In this document: positions 46,699 through 59,616 of the stretch, piece after piece
Position numbering within the stretch: position 1 is the stretch's first letter
How the letters are laid out: each line of letters starts with the position of its first letter
Source: Squalus acanthias
Lineage: Eukaryota
DNA length: 64,000 bases
Reading direction: 5' to 3'
Assembly (NCBI GenBank): GCA_030390025.1
Contig: CM059432.1
Location: forward strand, 47,184,001-47,248,000
The notes under the pieces: model-generated
The model's input: only the letters and a program-made list of their open reading frames with translations
Databases searched by the model: none
What the model was told of the DNA's origin: nothing
Position numbers and translations under genes: made by a program

Positions 46699-47131
46699 TG
46701 AGTAGACTAGGCCTATATTCTCTAGAGTTTAGAGGAATGAGAGGTGATCTCATTGAAACATACAAAATTCTTACAGGGCTTGACAGGGTAGATGCAGGGA
46801 GGATGTTTCCCCTGGCTGGGGAGTCTAGAACCAGCGGTCACAGTCTCAGAATAAGGGGTCGGCCATTTAGGACTGAGATGAGTAGAAATTTCTTCACTCA
46901 GAGGGTGGTGAATCTTTGGAATTCTCTACCCCAGAGGGCTGTGGATGCACAGTCGTTGAGTATATTCAAGACAGAGATCGATAGATTCTTGAATATTAAG
47001 GGAATCAAGGGATATGGGGATAGTGCAAGAAAGTGGAGATGAGGTAGAAGATCAGCCATGATCTTATTGAATGGCGGAGCAGGCTCAAAGGGCCAAATGG
47101 CTTACTCCTGCTCCTATTTCTTATGTTCTTA
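46699..47131 (+). mobile_element. CR1 3' fragment
   Basis: SRLGLYSLEFR..FFTQRVVNLWNSLP followed by the tail. Confidence 0.92.
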
Positions 47132-49805
47132 TCTCTGGGCCTGTGGTCTTGAAGGCTTGTCCTCTATTCCCGGTAAAAAAAAAAATTGTTTATATAAGCC
47201 TTCATGATTTAATTAGCATTTACCCTTTCCATTTCTCAGCAGTCAGTCTGATCACTGACTCTATTCTGAGGGCAAATTTAAGGCATTTCTTAGGGTATTC
47301 CTACCAGAAACTGCCATGATGGAGTAGGCTCAATGGCCAAATGGTTTAATCCTGTACTCCTGTTATTATATTCCTAATAGTGCTGAAAGACGTAATGCAA
47401 ACTTGGTGGCCTGTGGACAAAAATGGCATTCCAATGATGAGTCCCACGCAACACATGATTTTTTAATGCCAGTAGGTGGTTGGGGTGTGGGGTGGGAGAG
47501 GGTCATGACTCCCCCCAATCACTTTGAGGTCAGCCAACTTTGTATGTCAGGACTCAGTTAAAGCTGACTGCAAATAACTTACTTAACTTTTAAATTCCCG
47601 ATCGTGATCATGTTGCCGTTTTGAGTCTGATGCGAGCGTTAATGCAACATTGGAAGATGTTGTCGTGGCTGTGCTGTGCCAAGTTGCCCAAATCTGGACT
47701 TTGACCTCCCAGTCCTTTGACCTTAGCTCTGTCCCGGTTAATGAAGAAAGATTGACTATTAACACCATACAAAATGAGGCAGGAGCTGCTAGGAAAAAAT
47801 TATTTCTGACTTTGTAGAATTAGCAAATTCAAGTAGTGGGCATAAAAGTTGTTGTTCTGGCCATTCAAATGTCCAAGTGTGAAATCTGTCAACGCCACAG
47901 AAATTCTCAGCAGAAAGAAATTCTAATCAGTAATGAAACACCATGACAAATTCTGTGAGCAAACATGCCCTTATGGTGTGCCAGAGAGAGCCACGCTGTT
48001 ATCAGTCACACAAAATCTGTAATGCCAAGGCATGGAATTTCAGATGAAATAAAATCAGGAACTAAAGCAAAGAATATAAAATCTTTGCAAAGGAATAAGA
48101 GTTTATGCATTCAGCTGTGTTACCAAAAATTTCACAAACAGATGGGCTAGCAGAGTAACAATATCTACTTGGAGAAGCTGATTTAGCTGGAAGTGAGCCA
48201 CACCTCAGTATATTAGAATACCATGACACTGGAGATTGTGGCTTATTTATTTAAATACCTCTGTGAAGGTGGATATGCTAACCTACACAGGACAGCTGCT
48301 GTTATCATATTTACACAAAAGAGCATTCAAAATAAAACAACTGAGAGAAAATGATCAAAACAGAACCTGCACTTCGATAAATACTTTTGACATCCAATGT
48401 AGATAATTCTGCGTGAATGCAAAGCAACATAGATGGCAGATGGAATTCAAGTACTGTGAAGGGTGAGGCAAAGACTTATCATTCATACATTGTAGCCAAA
48501 AACTCCTCTGTAATATTCAATGAAAACTAAGGGTAGGACAATTTGCAGGTTATCCAAATACTGTGAAAGGCGAAAATCCTCTTTCAGCAGTAAATGAAGA
48601 CCCTCCAACATCAGAATCATTTTATGCAGCGGGAATTAGTACTGGACTGACAACAGGCAAGTCAACAGAATGAGTCAACTCTTAAGTTACTGTAGAGAAA
48701 AAGAATGGCAGCCTTAAATGTGTAACCTCATGGATCAAAGAAAAACTTAACTTCCCTACTGACCATTCAATGGAAGAGTAACGTGTAAAGCAGTAAAATA
48801 CAGAGATTGTGAATCATGTTTCAATTATGCATTGATTATGGCAATATCTAAAATCATAGAAGTGCAGAAAAAAACATAGCCATAAAACTGCAACATCCAT
48901 ATATAGTACATTGAGCAATATATAACAAAGTTAAAAATTAGTAATCAGAAGATGAATTAATTTATTTGTAAATGGATTTGTACATAATATGGTTGATGTT
49001 TTATGTTAGATGTGAGCATTATAGAGATATTAAAAGTTAAAAGTGTTGACTTTTGAGGTCAGTGATGTTATTATACAGCTTGTGTCATTTGTGAAAGGCA
49101 GCCAGCATTTTATAGATTCACCGTATAGGGACTCACATTTGTGTAAATCTTAAATAAAGATACATGTATTTGATGGGTATTCAGTTCATTATTAGGTGAA
49201 GTGCTGCCACTTTGTGGACATCTAAGCAACTTGTGAAGAGTGCAATACAGACGGTTGACTGTGAGCATACCCTTCATCAATTTTTCTTAGGGCTGTTACG
49301 CTTAGGGTGTGACATAAAAAAATAATTTTACCACAATTATCTATCTAAAAATTGAGCACATAATGATAAGAAGACTTACGTACTGAATTTGACACAAATC
49401 AATTATCAGTTACTAAATTAAAGACATGACACAAAATAAAAATTTCAGAGACAGTCATCTTGACTTTCTTTGGGGCAATTCTATTATCAAATAGAAATTT
49501 TAACATGAGAGTCTCCAAAGGAATGTTTATATAGTATTTTTCAAGTATTTTAATATGCTGCAAGGTCAACACCATCCCACACATGGCATTACCAATGTTT
49601 ACGAGCACAGCAAACCACCAATAAGTATTCCACTTCTCTACACATACTTGCTGCCACTATCCATGAAGATAATGAATCAGGAAAGAATGTTTTCCTCTCA
49701 AGTTTGAGGAAAATAATCAAAATGTCCCATTATTTTTATACCAAAAATCAGGTTTGGAGAAGTCCACACATCACATTTATAATGTCAGTACACGTGTTGG
49801 GTGCT

Positions 49806-51240
49806 ACAACAATAACACCTTGCATTTATATAGCACCTTTAACGTGGAAAAATGTCCAAAGGTGCTTCACAGCAGTGTAATCAGACAAAAAGTAACATGA
49901 GCCAAAGAAGAAAATATTAGGGGTGATAAAAAGCTTGGTCAAAGATGTGGGTTTGAAGGAGAGTCTTAAGGAAGAGAGAGGTGGAGCGGCAGAGAGGTTT
50001 AAAGAGGTAATTCCAGAGCTTCAGGCCTAGGCAGCTGAAGCCATGGCCATCAATAGTGGGGCAAAGGAAGTCGGGGTAGCACAAGAGTCCAGAATTGGAG
50101 AACAGAGTTCTCGGAGAGTTGTACGGCTGGAGGAGGTTACAGCGATACAGAAGGGCGAGGCCCTGGAAGGATTTGAACACGAGGATGAGAATTTTAATTA
50201 GAGATGATGGAGGACCAAGAGTCAATGTACATCAGTGAGCACAGGAGTGATGGGTGAGCAGAATTTAGTGCAGTTTACGATATGACCAGCAGAGTTTTGG
50301 ATGAATTGAGTGTAAAGGATGGGAGGCCGACTAGGAGAGCACTGGAACAGTCGAGCCAAGATGTGGCAAAGGCATGGATGAGGGTTTCAGCAGCAAATGG
50401 GTTGAGGCTAAAGTGGAATATTACAGACATGGAAGAGTTGGCCTTTGTGATGGATATGATATGGGGTTGGAAGTTTAGCATGAGATCAAATGGCACCAAG
50501 ATTTTGAACAGTTAACTTCAACCTTGAGATAATGGCCGGGAAGGGGGATGGAATTGGTGGCGTGTACAGATTTTGTGGCGGGGGCTGAAGATGATGGCTT
50601 CAGTCTTCCCAATGTTTAACTGGAGGAAATTGCGGCTCAACCAAGACTGGTTATCGTACAAGCAGGCTGACACCAATGAGGTGTGGGGGGGGGGGGGGGT
50701 GGGAGGGGCATGGGGGGGTGGTGGCAAGAGAAGTGGTGGACAGTTAGACCTGAGTACCGTCAATATACATGTGGAACCTGACGTCATGTCTTTGGCTAAT
50801 GTTGCCGAGGGGCAGCAGATAGTTGAGGAATAGGAGGGGGCCAAGGATAGATCCTGTGGGACTCTAGAAGTAACAGTGTGAAGGCAAGAAGAGAAACCAT
50901 TTCTGGAGATGCTCTGGCTGTGATTGGATGGATAAGAACATCCCACTGAGTTGGACAACAGTGAAGAGTAGTTGGAGACGAATGGTGCGATTGATTGTGT
51001 CAACGGCTGCAGAGAGGTTGTCAAGGAGGGATAGAGTGCCACGGTCAAGGTCACAGTCACAGGGGATGCCAATTGTGATGTTAATTAAGGCCATTTCTAG
51101 TGCAGTGGCAGGGGTGGAAACCCGACTGGAGAGATTCAAACATGGAGTTGTGGAAAGAAGGACGTGATTTTGGAGGTAACAGCATGTTCAAGGAAAGAAG
51201 GTTTAGAGATAGGGCAATGATTTACAAGGACAGAGTTCAT
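49806..51240 (-). mobile_element. Older L2 LINE, 3' half
   Basis: L2 tail; NFLQLNIGKTEAI, ETLIHAF and LSAAVDT motifs with many indels. Confidence 0.85.
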
Positions 51241-51540
51241 GTTTTGAAGTTGGCTTAAAGTGCAATTGCTTATGGTTCACGAAGGGGCTTCAGTGATAAT
51301 CAGTCACTCTGTTCAGAGAAACTATCAGCCTTGCCATCTCCAATGCTGTCAGCTCTTACTGTACCACAGATTTCCATTGCCTCCTGCTCCATCTGGATTA
51401 AGGCCACGATGATTGGTGTCCCCCGGTCTCATGTCTCCCCTTCATGTTGTGCACTGTCTTCTCCTGCAGGGGAATGAGAGAGTTATGAGTGGGCGTGCAT
51501 GAGTGGGGCTTCACGATAGGAACATTAGGCCATTCAGCCC

Positions 51541-52167
51541 TGACTGGACCAGCCACATAAATACTGTGGTTACAAGACCAGATCAGAGGATGGGTATTCT
51601 GCAGCGAGTGTCTCACTTCATGACTCTACAAAGCCTTTCCACAATCTACAAGGCACAAGTCAGGAGTGTGATGGAATACTCTCCTCTTGCCTGGATGAGT
51701 GCAGTTCCAACAACACTCAAGAAGCTTGACACCATCCAGGACAAAGCAGCCCGCTTGATTGGCATCCCATCTACCACCTTAAACATTCGCTCCCTCCATC
51801 ACCAGCGTACTGTGGCTGCACTGCAGCAACTCATCAAGGCTTCTTCGGCAGCACCTCCCAAACCCGCAACATCTACCGCCTAGAAGGACAAGTGCAGCAG
51901 GGCGCAAGGGAACACCATCACCTCCAAGTTCCCGACAAGTCACACACCATCCCGACTTGGAAATATATTGCCGTTCCTTCATCATCACTGAGTCAAAATC
52001 ATTGAACTCCCTCCCTTACAGCACTATGGGAGTACCTTCACCACACGGGCTGCAGCAGTTCAAGAAGGCGGCTCAGAGAAGGCCTTCTCAAGTGCAATTA
52101 AGGATGGGCAATAAGAGCTGGCCTTGCCAGCGACTCCTACAGTCCATGAATGAATAATAAAAAAAAG
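51541..52167 (+). mobile_element. Family-C LINE 3' fragment
   Basis: WTSHINTV..YKAQVRSVMEYSPLAW; A-rich tail. Confidence 0.88.
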
Positions 52168-54851
52168 CCCCTCAAGTTTGCTCCACCATACAGTCGGGAA
52201 AGAGTGACCCTGGGAGTCCTCAACATTGACTCCGGACCTCATGAAGTCTCATGGCTTCAGGTCAAGCTTGGGCAAGGAAACCTCCTGCTGATTACCACCT
52301 ACCGCCCTCCCTCAACTGATGAATCAGTACTCCTCCACGTTGAAAACCACTTGGAAGAAGCACTGAGAGTAGCAAGAGCACAGGATGTACTCTGGGTGGG
52401 AGACTTCAATGTCCATCACCAAGATTGGCTTGGTAGCACCACTACTGACCAAGCTGGCCAAGTCCTGAAGGACATAACTGCCAGTCTGGGCCTGCGACAG
52501 GTGGTGAAAGAACCAACACGAGGGAAAAACCTACTTGACCTCGTCTTCACCAATCTACCTGTCGTAGATGCGTCTGTCCAAGACAGTATTGGTAGCAGTG
52601 ACCACCGCACAGTCATTGTGGAGACAAAGTCCCGTCTTCACACTGAGGACACAGTCCATCGTGTTGTGTGGCATTACCACCGTGTTAAATGGGATAGATT
52701 CAGAACAGATCTAGCAGCTCAAAACTGGGCATCCATGAGGCGCTGTGGGCCATCAGCAGCAGCAGAATTGTATTCCACCACAATCTGTAACCTCATGGCC
52801 CGGCATATCCCTCACTCTACCATTACCATCAAGCCAGGGGACCAACCCTGGTTCAATAAGGAGTGTAGAAGAGCATGCACCAGGCATATCTAAAAATGAG
52901 GTGCCAACCTGGGGAAGCTGCAACACAGGACTACATGCATGCTAAAAAGTGGAAGCAGCATGCTATAGACAGGGCTGAGCAATCCCACAATCAACAGATC
53001 AGATCAAAGCTCTGCAGTCCTGCCACATCCAGTCGTGAATGGTGGTGGACCATTAAACAACTAACAGGAGGAAGAGGCTCCATGAATATCCTCATTCTCA
53101 GTGATGGTGGAGCCCAGTACATGAGTGCCAAAGACAAGACTGAAGCTTTTGCAAACATCTTCAGCCAGAAGTGCTGAGTGGATGATCCATATCGGCCTAC
53201 TCCCAAGGTCCCCACCATCACAGAAGCCAGTCTTCAGCCAATTTGATTCTCTCCACGTGATATCAAGAAACGGCTGAGCGCACTGGATACAGCAAAGGCT
53301 ATGGGCCCCGACAACATCCCGGCTATCGTGCTGAAAACTTGTGCTCCAGAATTAGCCGCGCTCTAGCCAAGCTGTTCCAGTACAGCTACGACACTGGCAT
53401 CTATCCGACAATGTGGAAAACTGCCCAGGTATGTCCTGTCCACAAAAAGCAGGACAAATCCAACCCGGCCAATTACCGCCCCATCAGTCTACTCTCAATC
53501 ATCAGCAAAGTGATGGAAGGTGTCATCGACAGTGCTATCAAGCAGCACTTACTCAACAATAACCTGCTCACTGATGCCCAGTTTCGGTTCTGCCAAGACC
53601 AGTCGGCTCCCGACCTCATTACAGCCTTGGTACAAACATGGACAAAAGAGCTGAATTGCAGAGATGAGGTGAGAGTGACTGCCCTTGACATCAAGGCAGC
53701 ATTTGAGCGAGTGTGGCATCAAGGAGCCCTAGTAAAACTGAAGTCAATGGGAATCGGGTGGAAAACACTCCACTGGCTGGAGTCATACTTAACACAAAGG
53801 AAGATGGTTGTGGTGGTTGAAGGTCAATCATCACAGCCCCAGGACATCGCTGCAGGAGTTCCTCAGGGCAGTGTCCTAGGCCCAATCATCTTCAGCTGCT
53901 TCATCAATGACCTTCCCTCCAACATAAGGTCAGAAATGGGGATGTTCGCTGATGACTGCACAATGTTCAGCACCATTCACAACTCCTCTGATAATTAAGC
54001 AGTCCATGCCCACATGCATCAAGACCTGGACGACGTTCAGGCTTGGGCTGATAAGTGGCAGGTAATATTCACGCCACACAAGTGCTAGGCAATGACTATC
54101 TCCAACAAGCGAGAGTCTAACCACCTCCCCTTGACATTCAATGGCATTACCATTGCCGAATCCCCCACCATCAACATCCTGGGGGTCACCATTGACCAGA
54201 AACTTAACTGGACCAGCCACATAAATACTGTGGCAACAAGAGCAGGTCAGAGGCTAGGTATTCTGTGGCGAGTGTCTCACCTCCTGACTCCCGAAAGCCT
54301 TTCCACCATCTACAAGGCACGGGTAAGGAGTGTGATGGAATACTCTCCACTTGCCTGGATGAGTGCAGCTCCAACAACACTCAAGAAGCTCGACAACATT
54401 CAGGACAAAGCAGCCCGCTTAATTGGCACCCCATTCACCACCTTAAACATTCATTCCCTCCACCACAGGCGTACCGTGGCTGCAGTGTGTACCATCTACA
54501 AGATGCACTGCAGCAACTTGCCAAGGCTTCTTCGACAGCACCTCCCAAACCCACGACCTCTTCCACCTAGAAGGACAACGGCAGCAGGCGCATGGGAACA
54601 CCACCACCTCCAAGTTTCCCTCCACGTCACACACCACCCTGACTTAGAAGTATATCGCCGATCCTTCATCGTCACTGGGTCAAAATCCTGGAACTCCCTC
54701 CCTAACAGCACTGTGGGAGTACCTTCACCACACGGACTGCAGCGGTTCAAGAAGGCGGCTCACCACCACCTTCTCGAGGACAATTAGAGATGGACAGTAA
54801 ATGCTGGCCTTGCCAGCGATGCCCACATCCCAAAAAAAGAATTTAAAAAAA
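52168..54851 (+). mobile_element. Family-C LINE, long copy (EN, RT and C-terminus, several stops and frameshifts)
   Basis: EN motifs YRPPS, GDFNVHH, PTRG.NLLDL, SDH. RT at 53339-53998. C-terminus at 54092-54787. A tail. Confidence 0.92.
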
Positions 54852-55422
54852 ATTCAATTAGATCTCCAGCTAAACTCCATTTACCCACTGTAGCTCCATA
54901 TCCCTTGACACCCTCACCGAACAAAAGTTTATCTATCTCAACAAAAATCTAGGAATGTAATGCATTAGCTGAGATTGAGAAGAAGCAAGATGCTAGGAGA
55001 ATAGAAAGTTTTTGAATCTGAAGTAACTGGCTTGAGGAAGGAAACACGAGAGGAATTTGCAAGTTTGCAACTTACAACAGGTGAGAAGAGCATACCATTC
55101 ACGGGAACAGTGAAAGCAGCAAGCAGCAGGTGAATGTGTGTTAGGAGCGATAATGAGATGTGGTGCAGTGTGGTCTTGTGATTGTTGGTGAGGGATGTGA
55201 TACAGGGTGGTGACTGCTGAATGCTGGAGGAGGTGCAGAGGGTTTGTGACCAGCTACAATGCAACCTCTTTTAATTTGATTTCAGTATTTGATGGCTGGT
55301 GTCATCACGAATAAAAAAAGGAAGCAGTTGTTCCTTTTTCGAGGTGCACAACCAATAAAATTGTAACTTCAACAAAATTTAAAGGAAATTCAACAAATTA
55401 ATGAAAATTCTATTTTGGGGGT

Positions 55423-58400
55423 AGAAACATAGAAACAGAAAAATGGGAGCAGGAGTAGGCCATTCGGCCCTTCGAGCCTGCTCCGCCATTCAATGGCTGA
55501 TCTTCTATCTCAATACCATATTCCCGCTCTCTCCCCATACCCCTTGATGCCTTTTGTGTCTAGAAATCTATCTATCTCCTTCTTAAATATTCAGTGACTT
55601 GGCCTCCACAGCCTTCGGTGGTAGAGAATTCCACAGGTTCACCACCCTCTGAGTGAAGAAATTTCTCCTCATCTCAGTCCTAAATGTCCAACCCCGTATC
55701 CTGAGACTGTGACCCCTCGTTCTCGACCCCCCAGCCAGGGGAAACATCCTCCCTGCATCCAGTCTGCCTAGCCGTGTCAGAATTTTATACGTTTCAATGA
55801 GATCCCCTCTCATTCTTCTAAACTCTAGTGAATACAGGCCTAGTCGACCCAATCTCTCCTCATACGACAGTCCTGCCATCCCAGAATCAGTCTGGTGAAC
55901 TTTCGCTGCACTCCCTCTGTGGCAAGTATATCCCTTCTTAGGTAAGGAGACCAAAACTGCACACAGTACTCCAGGTGTGGTCTCACCAAGGCCCTGTATA
56001 AATGTAGTAAGACATCCTTGCTCCTGTACTCAAATCCTCTTGCACTGAAGGCCAACATACCATTTGCCTTCCTAACTGCTTGCTGCACCTGCATGTTTGC
56101 TTTCAGTGACTGATGTACAAGGACTCCCAGGTCCCTCTGTACATCAACATTTCCCAATCTATCACCATTTAAATAATACTTTGCCTTTCTGTTTTTCCTA
56201 CCAAAGTGGATAACTTCACATTTATCCACGTTATACCGCATCTGCCATATATTTGCCCACTCACTCAACTTGTCTAAATCGCCTTCATAGAATCATGGAA
56301 AGTTACAGCACAGAAGGAGGCCATTTCAGGTCATCGTGTCTGCGCCGGCCAACAAAGAGCTATCCAGCCTAATACCACTTCCTAGCTCTTGGTCCGTAGA
56401 CCTGCAGGTTAGAGCATCCCAAATGCACATCCAAGTACTTTTTAAATGTGGTTAGGGTTCCTGCCTCTACCACCCTTTCAGGCAGTGAGTTCCAGACCCC
56501 CACAACCCTCTGGGTGAAGCAATTTCCCCTCAAATCCCCTCTAAACCTTCCACCAAATACTTTAAATCTGTGCCCCCTGGTTTTTGACCCCTCTGCAAAG
56601 GGAAACAGGTCCTTTCTATCCACTTTATCTATGACCCTCATAATTTTATACACCTCACTAAGGTCTCCCCTCAGCCTCCTCTGTTCCAAGAAAAACAGAC
56701 CCAGCCTATCCAGTCTTTCCTCATAGCTAAGATTCTCTACTCCCAGCAACATCCTTGTAAATCTCCTCTGAACCCTCTCTAGTGCAATCACATCTTTCCT
56801 GTAATGTGATGACCAGAACTGCACGCAGTACTCTAGCTGAGGCCTAACTAGTGTTTTATACAGTTGAAGCATAACCCCCCTGCTCTTGTATTCTATGCCA
56901 CGGCTAATAAAGGCAAGCATTCCGTATGCCTTCTTAACCACCTTATGTATTTGGCCTGCTACCTTCAGAGATCTGTGGACATGCACTCCAAGGTCCCTTT
57001 GTTCCTCTACACTATTCAGTGTCCTACCATTTAATGTGTATTCCCTTTCCTTGTTGGCCCTCCCCAAATGCATTACCTCACACTTCTCCGGATTGAATTC
57101 CATTTGCCACTGTTCTGCCCACCTGACCAATTTATTGATACCTTCCTGCAGTCTACAGCTTCCTTCTTCAGTATCAACCACACAGCCGATTTTAGTATCA
57201 TCTGCAAACTTCTTAATCATACCCCCTATATTCAAGTCTAGATCATTGATATATACCACAAAAAGCAAGGGACCTAGTACTGAGCCCTGCGGAACCCCAC
57301 TGGAAACAGCCTTCCAGTCACAAAAACACCCATCAACCATTACCCTCTGCTTCCTGTCTCTGAGCCAGTTTTGAATCCAACTTGACACTTTGCCCTGGAT
57401 CCCATGGGCTTTTAACTTCGTGACCAGTCTGCCATGTGGAACCTTATCAAAAGCCTTGCTAAAGTCCATATACACTACATCAAACACACTACCCTTATCT
57501 ACCCTCCTTGTTACCTCCTCAAAAAATTCAATCAAGCCTTGAAGGCCTTGAAGCCTTTTTGCATCCTCCTTACAATCCCACCTAGTTTCGTGTCATCAGC
57601 AAACTTGGAAATATTACATTTGGTTCCCTCATCCAAATCATTGATATATATTGTGAATAGCTGGGGCCCAAGCACTGCTCCCTGCTGTACCCCACTAGTC
57701 ACCGCCTGCCACCCTGAAAAAGACCCATTTATTCCTACTGTTTCCTGTCTATTAACCAATTTTCAATCCATGCCAGTATATTATCCCCAATCCCATGTGC
57801 TTTAATTTTGCACACTAACCTCTTATGTGGGACTTTATCAAAGGCCTTCTGAAAATCCAAATACACCACATCCACTGGTTCTCCCTTAATTATTCTACCA
57901 GTTACATCCTCAAAAAACTCCAGTAGGTTTGTCAAACATTATGTCCCTTTCATAAATCCATGTTGACTCTGTCTAATCCCATTGATATTTTCTAAGTATC
58001 CTGTTATCGCATCCTTTATAATAGACTCTAGCATTTTCCCTACTACTGATGTTAGGCTAACCGGTCTGTAGTTCCCTGTTTTCTCTCTTCCTCCTTTTTT
58101 AAATAGTGGGGTTATATTTGCCACCCTCCAATCTGCAGGAACTGTTCCATAATCTATCGAATTTTAGAAGATGACAACCAATGCATCCACTATTTCCATG
58201 GCTACCTCTTTTAGTACTCTGGGATGCAGATTATCAGGCCCTGGGGATTTATCGGCTTTCAGTCCCATTAATTTCTCCAGCACTATTTTTTTACTAATAC
58301 TAATTTCCTTTAATTCCTCCTTCTCACTAGACCCTTGGTTCCCTAGCATTTCTGGGAAGTTATTTGTGTCCTCTTCCGTGAAGACAGAACCAAAGTATTT

Positions 58401-58753
58401 GTTTAATTGCTCTGCCATTTCCTTGTTCCCCATTATAAATTCTCCCATTTCTGACTGTAAGGCACCTACATTTGTCTTCACTAATCTTTTTCTTTTTACA
58501 TACTTGTAGAAGCTTTTACAATCCGCTTTTATGTTCCTTGCAAGTTTACTCTCATATTCTATTTTTCCCCTCTTAATCAATCTCTTGGTCCTTTTTTGCT
58601 GAACTCTAAACTGCTCCCAATCCTCAGGCTTGCTACTTTTTCTGGCAACTTTATATGACTCCTCTTTGGATCTAATACCATCCTTAATTTCTTTTGTTAA
58701 CCATGGTTGGGCCACTTTTCCTTTTGTGTTTTTGCTCCAGAAAGGAATGTATA
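55423..58753 (-). mobile_element. CR1 LINE (family D) interrupted by another CR1
   Basis: ORF2 pieces at 55583-56268 and 57532-58750. GCCTT duplicated at 56281-56285 and 57536-57540. Confidence 0.9.
56286..57535 (-). mobile_element. CR1 3' part (family E), nested, with an uninterrupted 388-aa ORF
   Basis: ORF 56369-57535 with [19 protein letters not shown] and FADD, plus its own 3'UTR. Confidence 0.92.
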
Positions 58754-58759
58754 ACTGCT

Positions 58760-59110
58760 GCTTCAACATCTTGCAGTGATGAAGCACTCCAGTCCCTCCG
58801 GAGCCCACCAGTCGCGGAAGGCCTCAAGCGTGCCGGTGGACACCGCGTGCTCCATCTCCAGGGACACCAGGGTGCGAACATAGCCGCGGAGGAGAGGCAG
58901 GCAGTCGGGTCGAGCGACCCCCTCGACTGCCTGCTGCATGGACCAGTTAATGGCTACCTTGGCCGGGCCCAGGAGCAGTCCTATGAGGAGGTCCTCTGAT
59001 CTGCCCGCTCCCCTCCACACCGGGTGACCAAAGCTCAGGAGCGTGGGACTGAAGTGCAGCCAAAAATTGAGGAGCAGCCCCTTCAAATAGTGCCAGGTAC
59101 AATGCAAGAG
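58760..59110 (-). mobile_element. L1-clade Tx1 ORF2 C-terminal fragment
   Basis: LLIGLLLG.AK.AI..S...DCLPL.RGYVR..VSLE.EHAVSTGTLEAFRD.WAP.GLEC resembles the Tx1 ORF2 C-terminus. Confidence 0.72.
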
Positions 59111-59616
59111 ATGGGGAAAGGAAAGGCTGCACTCACCTTTGCTGTCCTTGTTATTAAATCTCATACAACACTGTATCCAGGTCCTTGGAATGGTGCTCCT
59201 GCTGCTGCTGACTTGATCTGCTATCTCTAGCCATGTTTTCTACACCAAATTGTTGGGCATCTTCTTCTTACATTGTGTGAAAAGCGCGTCCCAACTGGCG
59301 CTCACTTTAGACAATAACATCTCCAGGGAGGCTTCAGAAAATCTTGGGCCTACTTTTCCCTTCCTTGCAGTCACCTAAAAGCTCCAGCAGATGCACAATT
59401 CGAAGTTGTCAAAGTCTTGAAAGTAAGTGAATGCAACATCCATTTTAAGGTGTCAGCTTTGAATCAATGGCAGCACTCTCACCTCTGAGTCAAGAGGATG
59501 TGGTTTCAAGTCAGAATCTCGAGTCTTGAGCATATAATCTAGGCTGACACTTCATTGCAATACAAAGGGACTGCTGCAATTTTTGAGGTGCTGTCTTTCA
59601 GATGAGATGTTAAACC

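Noticed and set aside
47583..47768. Minus-strand ORF ending at a GTAAGT donor
   Set aside because: All frames stop at or before the donor, and I recognise no homology.
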